NCBI GenBank assembly: GCA_964362175.1
Contig: CAYIDD010000001.1
Coordinates: 64,569-128,568 of the forward strand
DNA from: an uncultured Candidatus Saccharibacteria bacterium
GTDB lineage: Bacteria > Patescibacteriota > Minisyncoccia > Phycocordibacterales > UBA2100
Reading direction: 5' to 3'
DNA length: 64,000 bases
Every line of letters begins with the position of its first letter. Within the stretch, counting starts at the first letter, position 1. Below, in pieces: positions 10,130-19,647 of this stretch. The notes under the pieces are model-generated. The model was not told the origin of the DNA and made no database searches. It worked only from the letters and a program-made list of their open reading frames with translations. A program made the position numbers and the translations under genes.

Positions 10130-10870
10130 TTATACGAGCTCCCCGGGAAGCGGCTCCCGCGCGACCGAGATGAATAACTCCTCCAGATCCGTCTTTCCGT
10201 GCTCGCGTGGTAATGCTCTCGGATCCCCTTCGAGAAGTACCTTACCGTGCGATAAGAAGAGCACACGGTCGCATACCACTTCCACCTCGTGCATATTGTG
10301 CGAGGTCCACAAGACACCTCCCACCCCCGAATCGGCGAAATGCCGTATCTTTTCGCGAATAGTGCGCGCGGTCGAAGGGTCGAGGGAGGCGGTCGGCTCG
10401 TCGAGAAGCAGGAGCTGGGGCATATTGAGCATGGCTTTCGCCAGAGAAACACGCGTTTGCTCGCCGGAAGAGAGTATGCCGCATTTCGTGTGGATGAATT
10501 TCTCAAGATCGAACTCCCGCACCAGATGCGTGATACGCTCCTTCAAGTTCGGCACGTCGTAGATGAGCCCGAAGATATGAAGATTCTGAAAGACGCTCAT
10601 ATTGCCCGGAAGCTGCGCGTACACGGCGGCAAAATTCGTACGCTCCAACGCCTCGCTGCGCTTGTGCGCGATATCGAGACCGGCGATCGATATACTTCCC
10701 CCGCTCGGTTCTAGTACCCCAAGGATCATGTTTATAGTAGTCGTCTTCCCCGCCCCGTTGGGCCCGAGAAGTCCCACGATCTCATTCTTGTCCACTCTGA
10801 ACGAAATACCATCGACAGCCACTGTATCGCGGTAGATTTTTCTCAATTCTTTTACTTCAAGAACCGGCAT
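10130..10870 (-). CDS. ABC transporter ATP-binding protein
   Basis: GPNGAGKTT, LSSGE, LLLDEPT, SH. Confidence 0.93.
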   Translation of the reverse strand: MPVLEVKELRKIYRDTVAVDGISFRVDKNEIVGLLGPNGAGKTTTINMILGVLEPSGGSISIAGLDIAHKRSEALERTNFAAVYAQLPGNMSVFQNLHIFGLIYDVPNLKERITHLVREFDLEKFIHTKCGILSSGEQTRVSLAKAMLNMPQLLLLDEPTASLDPSTARTIREKIRHFADSGVGGVLWTSHNMHEVEVVCDRVLFLSHGKVLLEGDPRALPREHGKTDLEELFISVAREPLPGELV

Positions 10871-10887
10871 ACGGTGGATTGTACAAC

Positions 10888-11541
10888 CTAATCCCACGTA
10901 TTCTCTCCATTTTCTCCGAGCGGGACCGCGGGTCCGGAATATCGGGGTTTTCGGTCAAACGTAACATTAAAGAACGCTTTGATGGACGCGGGTATTTCGC
11001 GTATGTAATCGTAGACCGAGCCCCCTCCACCCTTCACAATGACACCGTACGCGCTCAACCCCAGATGTCGTGCGATCCAGAGCGCACGCGGCAGATGGAA
11101 GTCTTGCGTTACGATGGTGACCGACCGTACGTGAAATACCTCACGTGCGCGATAGATGCTCGAGTATGTATCGAGGCCCGCGTGATCGAGGAAGATGTCC
11201 CGCGCGGGAATCCCCGCATCGATCAAATAGTTCCTCACCGGTATCACTTCGTCATACGGGAGTGCGCTACTATCACCCGTCACCAGTATCTTCGACACTT
11301 TTCCCTCTCTATAGAGATCTATCGCCTCGTCGGCCCGCTCCGCAAGGATAGGCGATGGCGCGCCGCGCACGACGGATGCGCCCAAAACGAGCGCAACATC
11401 GCTTTGCGGCGCCTCCTCGATCGAGCTGTACGTGTAGCGCGCGACCCCGGCACGCATTGCAATGGGCACAAGAAACGCGCACGCGGCAACGACGAGCAGC
11501 GCTATGGGTAACCGCTGACGATGGGACCGGAAGTGGGGCAT
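10888..11541 (-). CDS. SanA/YdcF/ElyC (DUF218) family protein
   Basis: ALVLGA, DHAGLDTYSS, VTQDFHLPRA. Confidence 0.88.
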   Translation of the reverse strand: MPHFRSHRQRLPIALLVVAACAFLVPIAMRAGVARYTYSSIEEAPQSDVALVLGASVVRGAPSPILAERADEAIDLYREGKVSKILVTGDSSALPYDEVIPVRNYLIDAGIPARDIFLDHAGLDTYSSIYRAREVFHVRSVTIVTQDFHLPRALWIARHLGLSAYGVIVKGGGGSVYDYIREIPASIKAFFNVTFDRKPRYSGPAVPLGENGENTWD

Positions 11542-11573
11542 GCATTACGCGCCGAATACATCCGGCGATGTGC

Positions 11574-12992
11574 TCACTGCACTTGGAACAAAATGGTGTT
11601 CGTCGTTCCGTTGCCATTCGTCACGTAGACCTGTATCGGTCCTGGCAACACCTGTTGAATATTCTGCGAACAAAAACTTCCCGGAGTGACGAGATCGCAC
11701 GGAGAAACGAACGAGGGAACGGTGTAGTAGATGGTCGTACCGTTCTGCGACGGAACGTGCTGTGTGCCGCCGATACCGAAGTGCACCGTATTTTCAAGCG
11801 GAGTAAAGCCGCTGCCCGTAAGAACGAACTGCGAACCGACGGGGGCCGTCATCGGCGCGATCGAAGAAAGCGCGACGTTGCCGTACGAACCTCCGCTCGT
11901 CACATTGACCGTCGCGCTTGAGGTGTTGGTCTGTCCCGATGAGTTACTGACCGTGAAGACGACCGTGTATGTGCCCGAAGTGTAGTACGTGTGTGTGAAT
12001 GTCAGTGTGTTGCTCCCTTGCTGGTATGTCGTCTGCGGCGCGGCGAGACCACTGTATCCCCCGCCTGTATCCCCCCAATTGACGGATGTCGTCATGTAGG
12101 AAGTGCTCGGATTGTTGACGGAAACCGTCCACGTGCCTTGCACGCCTGTTGCGAGTGATGTCGGCCCGTTCACACTATGTATCATCGGAGCACCGTAGGA
12201 GCCGTACGACGTCACGCTGAAGTTGAGCGTGTTGCTCGTGCCGCGCGAATTCATGACATACACGCCAACGGTACCCGCAGTGGAGTACGAGGGCACCGTG
12301 AACGTGAGCGATGTGCCACTGTACGATGGGATATTCGTAAGCGGTACCATACCCACATACACCGTATTGTTCGAGTAATCAAAACCCGAGCCGAAGACGG
12401 TAACGCTTGTCCCCGGTTGTCCGGACGTAACTGAGAGAGAGGTCAATGAGACATTGTTCCCGTACGAATAGGTATTGCATGTGTACGGATACGTGTAGTA
12501 GCAGTTCGTATTGTTGTATGTGTTGAACGGGGGCACTGTGTACGGATAGTAGGTGTTGTACCCGCCCATGTAACCGCCCTGGCCGGACAGGCCGCAGCTT
12601 ACACGCGAGATCGCAGCGCGTGTCGCGGCGTCCACAATGCCGGAGAGAGGGAGACCCCGTTGCTGCTGGAAGTTGCGCACTGCAGCGAGCGTCGCATTAC
12701 CGAAGTAGCCGGTGATCATCCAGCTTCCCCCGCCCGGAAAGTTCTGGTTCACGAGAAATGTCTGGAGTTGTGATACTTGGCTTCCGCGCGTGCCGTATGA
12801 GAGATCGCTCACGAGATTCGCGCACGCGCCGGAATACGGAGCACCGTAGGGTGCCGTGTATGACGTCTGCTGATAAGCGGAACCATAATTACTGTAGTAC
12901 GAAGGCGCTCCGAAGTAATACCCCTGCGCCGAGACCACGTTTGCGCTAAGGGCGATGAGTGCCGCGAACGAGAGAACGAGTGCCTTTTTCAT
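11574..12992 (-). CDS. Secreted PG-binding domain + IPT/TIG + PKD surface protein
   Basis: L.YG.RG.QV.QLQ.FL...TGYFG..T..AV..FQ; IPT-like G..V.V.GSGF twice; WGD and HTY PKD motifs; Tyr-rich linkers. Confidence 0.8.
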   Translation of the reverse strand: MKKALVLSFAALIALSANVVSAQGYYFGAPSYYSNYGSAYQQTSYTAPYGAPYSGACANLVSDLSYGTRGSQVSQLQTFLVNQNFPGGGSWMITGYFGNATLAAVRNFQQQRGLPLSGIVDAATRAAISRVSCGLSGQGGYMGGYNTYYPYTVPPFNTYNNTNCYYTYPYTCNTYSYGNNVSLTSLSVTSGQPGTSVTVFGSGFDYSNNTVYVGMVPLTNIPSYSGTSLTFTVPSYSTAGTVGVYVMNSRGTSNTLNFSVTSYGSYGAPMIHSVNGPTSLATGVQGTWTVSVNNPSTSYMTTSVNWGDTGGGYSGLAAPQTTYQQGSNTLTFTHTYYTSGTYTVVFTVSNSSGQTNTSSATVNVTSGGSYGNVALSSIAPMTAPVGSQFVLTGSGFTPLENTVHFGIGGTQHVPSQNGTTIYYTVPSFVSPCDLVTPGSFCSQNIQQVLPGPIQVYVTNGNGTTNTILFQVQ

Positions 12993-13103
12993 ATGAGACG
13001 GTTATTTTAGGCCTCAAAACCTTGACTAATAATTGGAATTAAGGGCTGATACCGCCAATATGCAATAGGAGCACCTTTTATGCAAGCGTGGGTGCTTCCA
13101 GAT

Positions 13104-13991
13104 CTATTTCGACTTCCTGAGATGCAAATGATCGGTCAAGAGGAGTGTGCCCAATATGAGAGGCAGCACGGCGGTAAGCTGCCACACGTTCGGTGCCTGA
13201 CGAAGGAGAAGCCATGCGAGGAGCAGGGTCGCAAGTGGTGTGATGCTGCTGAGCGCCTGCGCTTTTGTGACAGAGATCCGGTGGATCGCCTCGACCCAGA
13301 GGATCTTGGAGAGACCGAATATCAGTACCCCGTTCACAACGAGAAGGAAGAGCGAGTCCGCGACGTTGCCGTACGAAGCGTGTTGGCCGAACGCGAACGC
13401 CAATAGGAAAATAACGGGAACAGCAAGAATGCTTCTCAGGAATAAAATCGTTTCGCTTGATGCGATGTCCCGCGCTTTTTGCTGGAAGAAATTACCGACG
13501 GGAGCACACATCGTCGCGGCGACTATGAGCAAATCCCCGATACCGACGCCGGAAAAACCCCGTACTAACACGATGACGGCTCCGCCGATCATAAGGAGTG
13601 CGCCGACCTTGTACTCGAAGGAGATGCGCTCCTCCCGAAAGACATTGAAGAATAAAAACGATGTGAAAACCTCAAGCAACGCGATGATCGCCGCATTGCC
13701 GGGGAGCGTTTTGGTGAGACCTATGAAAAAAAGCCCGTAAAACAAAATGCTGATGAAAAGAGTTATGTAGAGGCCGTATTTCCAGAGAAGCGGGTTCCGC
13801 AATTCATGCCATGTCCCTTTGTAGGAAACGATGAGACCGAAAAAGATCGCGGCAAATGCGGTGCTCCATCCGAGCGAAATGAGACTCGGAAGTGCCGCGT
13901 AGGAAAGAACGGTGATGATCGGAAAAAGCGCGCCGAAAAGTATGCCGGAATAAATGAACCACTCTCCTTTCCGTTTTTCGGACAGTGCCAT
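13104..13991 (-). CDS. DMT/EamA family transporter
   Basis: About 10 TM helices in two repeats. Confidence 0.85.
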   Translation of the reverse strand: MALSEKRKGEWFIYSGILFGALFPIITVLSYAALPSLISLGWSTAFAAIFFGLIVSYKGTWHELRNPLLWKYGLYITLFISILFYGLFFIGLTKTLPGNAAIIALLEVFTSFLFFNVFREERISFEYKVGALLMIGGAVIVLVRGFSGVGIGDLLIVAATMCAPVGNFFQQKARDIASSETILFLRSILAVPVIFLLAFAFGQHASYGNVADSLFLLVVNGVLIFGLSKILWVEAIHRISVTKAQALSSITPLATLLLAWLLLRQAPNVWQLTAVLPLILGTLLLTDHLHLRKSK

Positions 13992-14012
13992 TCCGGCAGT
14001 ATACCAGCGGGT

Positions 14013-15323
14013 CTAGCGGAACGAGCGGCCTGTCCGGCCAAGGCGGGGGCCACGTGAGGGTGGCGCGCCGCGAGGACGTCTTCCGAAACCCGAACCCCCC
14101 CTCGGAGTAAAACCCCCCGGTTGCGGGCGGGAAAATCGCCGCGGTCGGTCATCATCTACATATGAATGTGCTATGGCGCGCGCGGGAGGCAGTACGGGAA
14201 GCGCCGAGATCGGCACCGTTTTTCTGATGAGATTTTCGATATCGCGGATGTCGCGTTTCTGATGCGGCTCGGCGAACGAAATGGCGTGTCCTTCCGCCCC
14301 CGCGCGTGCCGTGCGTCCGATACGATGCACATAGTCGGCAGAATCCATCGGTAGGTCGTAATTCAGGACGAGCTCAATGCCCTTTACATCAATACCGCGC
14401 GAAGCGATGTCGGTCGCCACGAGCACGCGATATTTACCGTTCTTAAATCCATCAAGGGCTTCGCGTCGTTGCGAAAGTGAGCGATTGCCATGAATTTCCG
14501 CTGCGGTGTGTCCCATCGCCGCGATCGTGCGCATGATCTTCTTCGCGCCGTGTTTAGTGCGCGAGAAAACGAGGGTCGAGCCCTTGTAGTCACCCAATAT
14601 CTTTTCAAGCAGGCGTCCCTTATCCTCTTTCCGCACGATAAAAAATTCCTGACTGATCTTCTCCACCGTCGTGCCAGCGGGCGCCACTTCGACGCGAAGT
14701 GGGAGTTTCATGTGCTGTGTCGCGAGCTGCATGATGTCGCGCGAAAGAGTGGCGGAAAAAAGCATGGTCTGGCGCGCCGTGGGTGCCGCGGCGATGATCT
14801 TCTTCACCTGCGGCCAGAATCCCATGTCGAGCATGCGGTCCGCCTCATCGAGGACGAGGACTTCGACTTTATCAAGCTTGAGGTTCCTCTGGGCGAGGTG
14901 ATCGAGCAGGCGTCCCGGGGTTGCGATGATGACGTGCGGGTCACGACGAAGCGAAGAGATCTGCATCCCCATCGAGGCACCTCCGATGAATACGGTCGTG
15001 CGGAGCCCCAGCGGTCGTGCGATCCTTGCGAGTGTTTCATCTACCTGTAAAGCAAGTTCGCGTGTCGGCACCAAAATGAGTCCGCGACCATCGCCTCCTG
15101 CCAAACGCTGTAAAAGCGGGATACCGAATGCGAGTGTTTTGCCCGTTCCCGTCTGCGCAACGCCCACGACATCTTTCCCCGCGACACCCTCGGGAATGGC
15201 CCGAAATTGTATCGGGGTCGGCGTCGTGAAGTTGAGCTTCGCGAGTATATCCAAAATATTCGGCGCAATACCAAGGCCATTGAACGTATGCTCCGGTATC
15301 GGCGGTTTTGGTGTAGGAGTCAT
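14013..15323 (-). CDS. DEAD-box RNA helicase (RhlE-like)
   Basis: Q motif, AQTGTGKT, PTRELA, DEAD, SAT, HRIGRTAR; RG-rich tail. Confidence 0.95.
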   Translation of the reverse strand: MTPTPKPPIPEHTFNGLGIAPNILDILAKLNFTTPTPIQFRAIPEGVAGKDVVGVAQTGTGKTLAFGIPLLQRLAGGDGRGLILVPTRELALQVDETLARIARPLGLRTTVFIGGASMGMQISSLRRDPHVIIATPGRLLDHLAQRNLKLDKVEVLVLDEADRMLDMGFWPQVKKIIAAAPTARQTMLFSATLSRDIMQLATQHMKLPLRVEVAPAGTTVEKISQEFFIVRKEDKGRLLEKILGDYKGSTLVFSRTKHGAKKIMRTIAAMGHTAAEIHGNRSLSQRREALDGFKNGKYRVLVATDIASRGIDVKGIELVLNYDLPMDSADYVHRIGRTARAGAEGHAISFAEPHQKRDIRDIENLIRKTVPISALPVLPPARAIAHSYVDDDRPRRFSRPQPGGFTPRGGSGFGRRPRGAPPSRGPRLGRTGRSFR

Positions 15324-15405
15324 GAGAAAAAGCCCAACGTGAAATTAATGCCTTGACGATACCATGAAAATCGCCGATGCGCAATCTCTCCCCCCAAGAT
15401 GTCCT

Positions 15406-15801
15406 TTATTCGGTCGTTTTCCCGTCGTACTGTTCTTCGTCTTTTTCCGCCTCGGCCTTTGTCTTATGGATGACCCCATCACGATGGTTCGGTGGAGAAT
15501 ACACTGTGTAGAGTTTTAGCGGCGCGTCAGAAGATGTATTGACGATATTGTGCCGGGCCCCCGCGGGTACAATAATGGCACATCCGTTTTCTATAACATG
15601 CTCTACTCCATCAAGTATGGCCTTTCCTTCCCCCGCTTCACATCGAATAAATTGGTCGAGCTGGTGAACCTCCTCGCCGATGTCGCCGTCCGGCGGGATA
15701 CTCATTACCACAAGCTGACTATTCTTTGCCGTGTAGAGAACTTTTCTGAAATTCCCGTTCTCGAGCGAATCCTTTTCTATGTTCGTTACAAAGCCTTTCA
15801 T
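15406..15801 (-). CDS. Cupin domain protein
   Basis: GEEVH..DQF, VPAGARHNI, LYTVYSPPNH. Confidence 0.88.
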   Translation of the reverse strand: MKGFVTNIEKDSLENGNFRKVLYTAKNSQLVVMSIPPDGDIGEEVHQLDQFIRCEAGEGKAILDGVEHVIENGCAIIVPAGARHNIVNTSSDAPLKLYTVYSPPNHRDGVIHKTKAEAEKDEEQYDGKTTE

Positions 15802-15888
15802 ACCGACACTATAGCACTAACTGGCTGGCCGTCTCGAGCTAGAACCGTGGTCGGTCAAGCCCCACAAGGCTTTTCTGACATTTTTAAG

Positions 15889-16713
15889 TCAACCATTTCG
15901 ATACTCCTTGGAACCTGTCTTCATTTGAGAAATCAGTTTCTCAACTTCTTTTATCATTACAACTTGCTCGCCCACTATGACTTTGTTGTCATATAAGTCT
16001 TTACTGAAAGCTAGGCTTATATCTACAGCTTGTGTAGCAATAAAGTCTTCGTCACCTCCATCATGGAAAAATATTTCCCCATATCTATCTTGTCCGATAA
16101 ATGCTTGAAGTCCGTCTATATTTAAATGTGCAACGGGAGATAGTTGTCTATAGATCAAGCTATACATTCGTTCAAAACTACCGGGTTCAGCATTTGTGAC
16201 ATCTCCCTCTTCGCACAGTCTAGCTTTTTCCCGCAAGTGTTTCGTGCCAGTAAGATCGGGGTTTGCCCTTAATATTGCCTCTTTATGTTTGGTTTGGTCA
16301 GTAATAGCCTTATTTAGATATCCTTTATTGAATAGCTGGGTACTATCATTAGATTCCAAATTTGGATATTTCTTTATCAAATCCAATATTTCTTTTAAAA
16401 CTATAATTCTTTCATCGAACATTCTTTTTGAAGAGAAGGCCAACCTTTTTTCAGAATCTTTGACTTGATGATAAATAATGTCTATGTGTGCTTCAAAAAG
16501 TGTTCGGAGTAGTACTTTAGCTGCGTGTGATTTTTTATTCTCACACAATATTAAAATTGCTTCGGTAAAACTAAATATGGGGTGATGTGCAAAATATATA
16601 TAATTTTGCAGGTGGGTATATTTGCCCTTGTCAGAAGTACGAAGCAATTCAACTATCTCACTCTTTAGCTTAAGGAAGGCATCTTTTAATTTTTGAAAGT
16701 ATATATCTTTCAT
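15889..16713 (-). CDS. DUF5677-like helical protein in an AT-rich islet
   Basis: A..LLRTLFEA.I and Y..LS...H motifs; markedly AT-rich; directly downstream of tRNA-Gln. Confidence 0.6.
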   Translation of the reverse strand: MKDIYFQKLKDAFLKLKSEIVELLRTSDKGKYTHLQNYIYFAHHPIFSFTEAILILCENKKSHAAKVLLRTLFEAHIDIIYHQVKDSEKRLAFSSKRMFDERIIVLKEILDLIKKYPNLESNDSTQLFNKGYLNKAITDQTKHKEAILRANPDLTGTKHLREKARLCEEGDVTNAEPGSFERMYSLIYRQLSPVAHLNIDGLQAFIGQDRYGEIFFHDGGDEDFIATQAVDISLAFSKDLYDNKVIVGEQVVMIKEVEKLISQMKTGSKEYRNG

Positions 16714-16798
16714 GCTCTTCGGAGTCCGAACCTATCTCAAAAAATACTTCCGTCGAAAGTGTGCTCATTTCGACGCGATTTTTACGCTTAAAAATCGG

Positions 16799-16869
16799 CT
16801 GGGGGACTAGGATTCGAACCTAGATACACCGCTCCAGAGGCGGTAGTCCGACCATTAGACGATCCCCCA
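16799..16869 (-). tRNA. tRNA-Gln(CTG)
   Basis: Acceptor TGGGGGA/TCCCCCA, anticodon arm ACCGC-CTCTGGA-GCGGT, GGTTCGAATCC. Confidence 0.95.
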
Positions 16870-16898
16870 ATTCGCACACAATAACGGAAAATGGACTC

Positions 16899-17822
16899 TT
16901 ATTCAACCAATGGACATGTTCGACGATCTCGACCAAGTTCGACGGGGATCTCTTCCACATACTGCACGCCCGCTTTGTCGAATGCGACATTGAGCACGAG
17001 CCCGCGTCGCACATCCCCATTCCAATATTGATCAAAGATAAAATTGCCGAGTGAGTAGTATATGTATTTTTCCCGATAGAATTCCCGTTCTTCGACGACG
17101 TGCGGATGCGAACCAACAACGATCTCCGCACCCGCGTCAATGAATCGGCGTGCGAGCGTGCGGATATACTCCGGCGAGGTCGTGGCGTATTCCACTCCCC
17201 AGTGTGTATACACGATGGGCAATGTACCCGCCATGCGTGCGTCCTCGATCTGCCGGATCGTTGTCGTAGTGTTTCCGCCGAACTCGTTGTAATTAATGAA
17301 GGCAAGATGAATGTCGCCAAAGTCCTCCGCTGCGACCGTGTGGTCGAGCGGATCACCGAAATATTTCACCCGCGCATCATCGAGTGCCGATATCGTCGAG
17401 CGCACTCCGCTTGTACCGAAATTCTTGATGTGATTGTTGCCGATATTTACCAAACGAATGTTGTGTGCGGCCAAAAGAGCCGCCGTTGAGGTCGGGAATG
17501 TGAACGTGTAGTTGCCGTCCGAGCCCGGTGGAGTACCCATGCTTTTCGAGGGCTTATCCGTGATGGGACCTTCAAGGTTCGCGACGACGAGATCCGCCTC
17601 TTTTAGAACGGGATCGATACATGAAAAAATAAAGTCACCTCCTTTTTCGCTCACGGCGGTTCGTATCGTGCGGTCAAACATCATATCGCCGGCAAAAAGC
17701 ACTGTGAAATGCGGCGGGGCTACACGAGGGAGGCTGGGGAATGCGTTGGGTACGGCTGTAGCGGGAAAGAGCGCGACGAAAGACGCGACGAGAGAAACAA
17801 ATAAGTGTATCAGGTCTGGCAT
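16899..17822 (-). CDS. CapA (PGA_cap) family metallophosphoesterase
   Basis: AGD, NLEG, GNNH, HWG.EY, GSHPHV, YSLGNF.FDQ. Confidence 0.92.
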   Translation of the reverse strand: MPDLIHLFVSLVASFVALFPATAVPNAFPSLPRVAPPHFTVLFAGDMMFDRTIRTAVSEKGGDFIFSCIDPVLKEADLVVANLEGPITDKPSKSMGTPPGSDGNYTFTFPTSTAALLAAHNIRLVNIGNNHIKNFGTSGVRSTISALDDARVKYFGDPLDHTVAAEDFGDIHLAFINYNEFGGNTTTTIRQIEDARMAGTLPIVYTHWGVEYATTSPEYIRTLARRFIDAGAEIVVGSHPHVVEEREFYREKYIYYSLGNFIFDQYWNGDVRRGLVLNVAFDKAGVQYVEEIPVELGRDRRTCPLVE

Positions 17823-18869
17823 CTATCCGGTTATGCCCGCAAGTGAGTGCGGCTTACCTTCTGCGATGGCTGCGTGTGTGATGCGAATGAATTGAGCCTT
17901 TTTCTCAAATTCGGAAATGGTGCGCGCACCTACGTAGCCCATGCCCACCTGAACACCTGATGCGAGTTCAGCGACGATCTCGCCTACCGGTCCTTTGTAC
18001 GGAACAAGCGCTTCGACGCCTTCGGGCACTGCCTTGCGACCATGCGTGAAGTATCGCTCGCTACCGGAAGCACTCTTGATGACCGCTTGCGAGCCCATGC
18101 CGCGATATTCTTTGAATTTCTTTCCCTCTTTCTCCACGACCTTCCCCGGCGCCTCATCAGTACCCGCAAAAAGATTACCGAGCATCACCGCGGAAGCTCC
18201 CGCCGCAAGCGCTTTCGCGATGTCACCCGATGTACGAATGCCGCCGTCGGCAATGACGGGGACTTTGTATTTCTTCGCGACCGTGACCACATCAAGGACC
18301 GCAGAAAGCTGTGGCACGCCAACGCCTGATATGAGGCGTGTGGTGCAGATACTTCCCGGCCCCACACCGACTTTCACCGCATCAGCGAACGTGCACGCCG
18401 CCTTTGCCGCCTCGCCGGTCGCGATATTGCCGAAGATCATCTTCGCATGTTTGAGATCCATCTTTATTTTTCTGGCGCTCTCGACGACATTTAAATTATG
18501 GCCGTGCGCACAATCAATGACGATGGCATCACATCCCGCTTCATCGAGCGCCTTCGCGCGGTCAGCGGCAAATGGCCCGCACGCAGCGGCAGTCGGAACC
18601 CCGGCCTTTTTGACTTCGCGCACCATACGTGCCTGCTCTTCTATCGAGCAGTTGCGGTGGATGACTCCGAGTCCCCCGAGTTTGCCGAGAGTGATCGCCA
18701 TCTGTGGTTCCGTCACACGATCCATCGCGGCGGAGAGAAATGGGACCGAGAGGTCGATCCCCGCTATTTTTGTTTTGAGTGATGCCTCGGCGGGCTCCAT
18801 CTCCGAAGCGCCCGGTCGTATCAGTACATCATCGAAGGTGAAACCTTCCTTGAGAATTTTGACTGCCAT
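17823..18869 (-). CDS. guaB: IMP dehydrogenase lacking CBS domains
   Basis: TFDDVL, SAAMD, GPGSICTTR, ADGG, YRGMGS, RY flap, PEG. Confidence 0.9.
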   Translation of the reverse strand: MAVKILKEGFTFDDVLIRPGASEMEPAEASLKTKIAGIDLSVPFLSAAMDRVTEPQMAITLGKLGGLGVIHRNCSIEEQARMVREVKKAGVPTAAACGPFAADRAKALDEAGCDAIVIDCAHGHNLNVVESARKIKMDLKHAKMIFGNIATGEAAKAACTFADAVKVGVGPGSICTTRLISGVGVPQLSAVLDVVTVAKKYKVPVIADGGIRTSGDIAKALAAGASAVMLGNLFAGTDEAPGKVVEKEGKKFKEYRGMGSQAVIKSASGSERYFTHGRKAVPEGVEALVPYKGPVGEIVAELASGVQVGMGYVGARTISEFEKKAQFIRITHAAIAEGKPHSLAGITG

Positions 18870-18909
18870 GCGCCATTATACTCTGCAGAGCGAAAAAGTC
18901 AACATCGAG

Positions 18910-19647
18910 TCAACCCGCTTTCGAGACGTTTGCGACAAGCGCGCAGTGATCTGAAACGCCACAGATCATCTCCGCATCAGAAACGCTGTATGAGGGGGTG
19001 CTGAAAACGCCGTCGACCATAAGTTGCAAATTATCGACGCGATGGCGCTCAGGGTCGAGGCTCGATATGTAGTGGGTCGGTACGTTGTCTTTGTATTTCT
19101 CCGCAAGCATGCCGAATATCTCCCTGCCGCGCGGGGCGTTGAAATCACCGGTAAGCACGCACTCCCCCACGCCCTCCATTGCGTGAAGGAGCTCTTTCAG
19201 GTCGCGCCGCTGACCGTCATCAGCCTGCCCGTCGGGAGTCCATCTGAAATGCGTGGTCGCTATCCGAAAGATCGTCCCGTCTTTTTCAATGTCGCACCAC
19301 AGGAGCGGAAAGTTTTTGTTGTTCCATGTTCTCCGATCATCTTGGTCCAGTACGGGAAGCTCGGCAGGGTCGCCGTGGTACCAACTGATGCCATTGTCTC
19401 GAGCCGAATGTCCCAAAAATATCCCGACTCCCATGATCTGGGGCGCGGTATCGCGGATGAATTTCGACATCGGGGCGAAAACGCAGCGGGCGCCGCCGAG
19501 CGCGTTCGAGAGTTCGGGAATATCAGACTCAAACAATTCCTGAACGCACGCGACTTCGGGCATCTGTGTCTCAAGGAACGGCAGGACGAGATCGAGGTGC
19601 TTCGAACGCTGGATATTGAGGGAGATGAGTTTAAGCGAAGCGCTCAT
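18910..19647 (-). CDS. Endonuclease/exonuclease/phosphatase (EEP) family protein
   Basis: SLN, QE, TH, GDFN, SDH. Confidence 0.88.
   Translation of the reverse strand: MSASLKLISLNIQRSKHLDLVLPFLETQMPEVACVQELFESDIPELSNALGGARCVFAPMSKFIRDTAPQIMGVGIFLGHSARDNGISWYHGDPAELPVLDQDDRRTWNNKNFPLLWCDIEKDGTIFRIATTHFRWTPDGQADDGQRRDLKELLHAMEGVGECVLTGDFNAPRGREIFGMLAEKYKDNVPTHYISSLDPERHRVDNLQLMVDGVFSTPSYSVSDAEMICGVSDHCALVANVSKAG

Noticed and set aside
15821-15846. Possible att copy of the tRNA-Gln 3' end
   Set aside because: Only GGCTGG and GAACC match; too degenerate to support.
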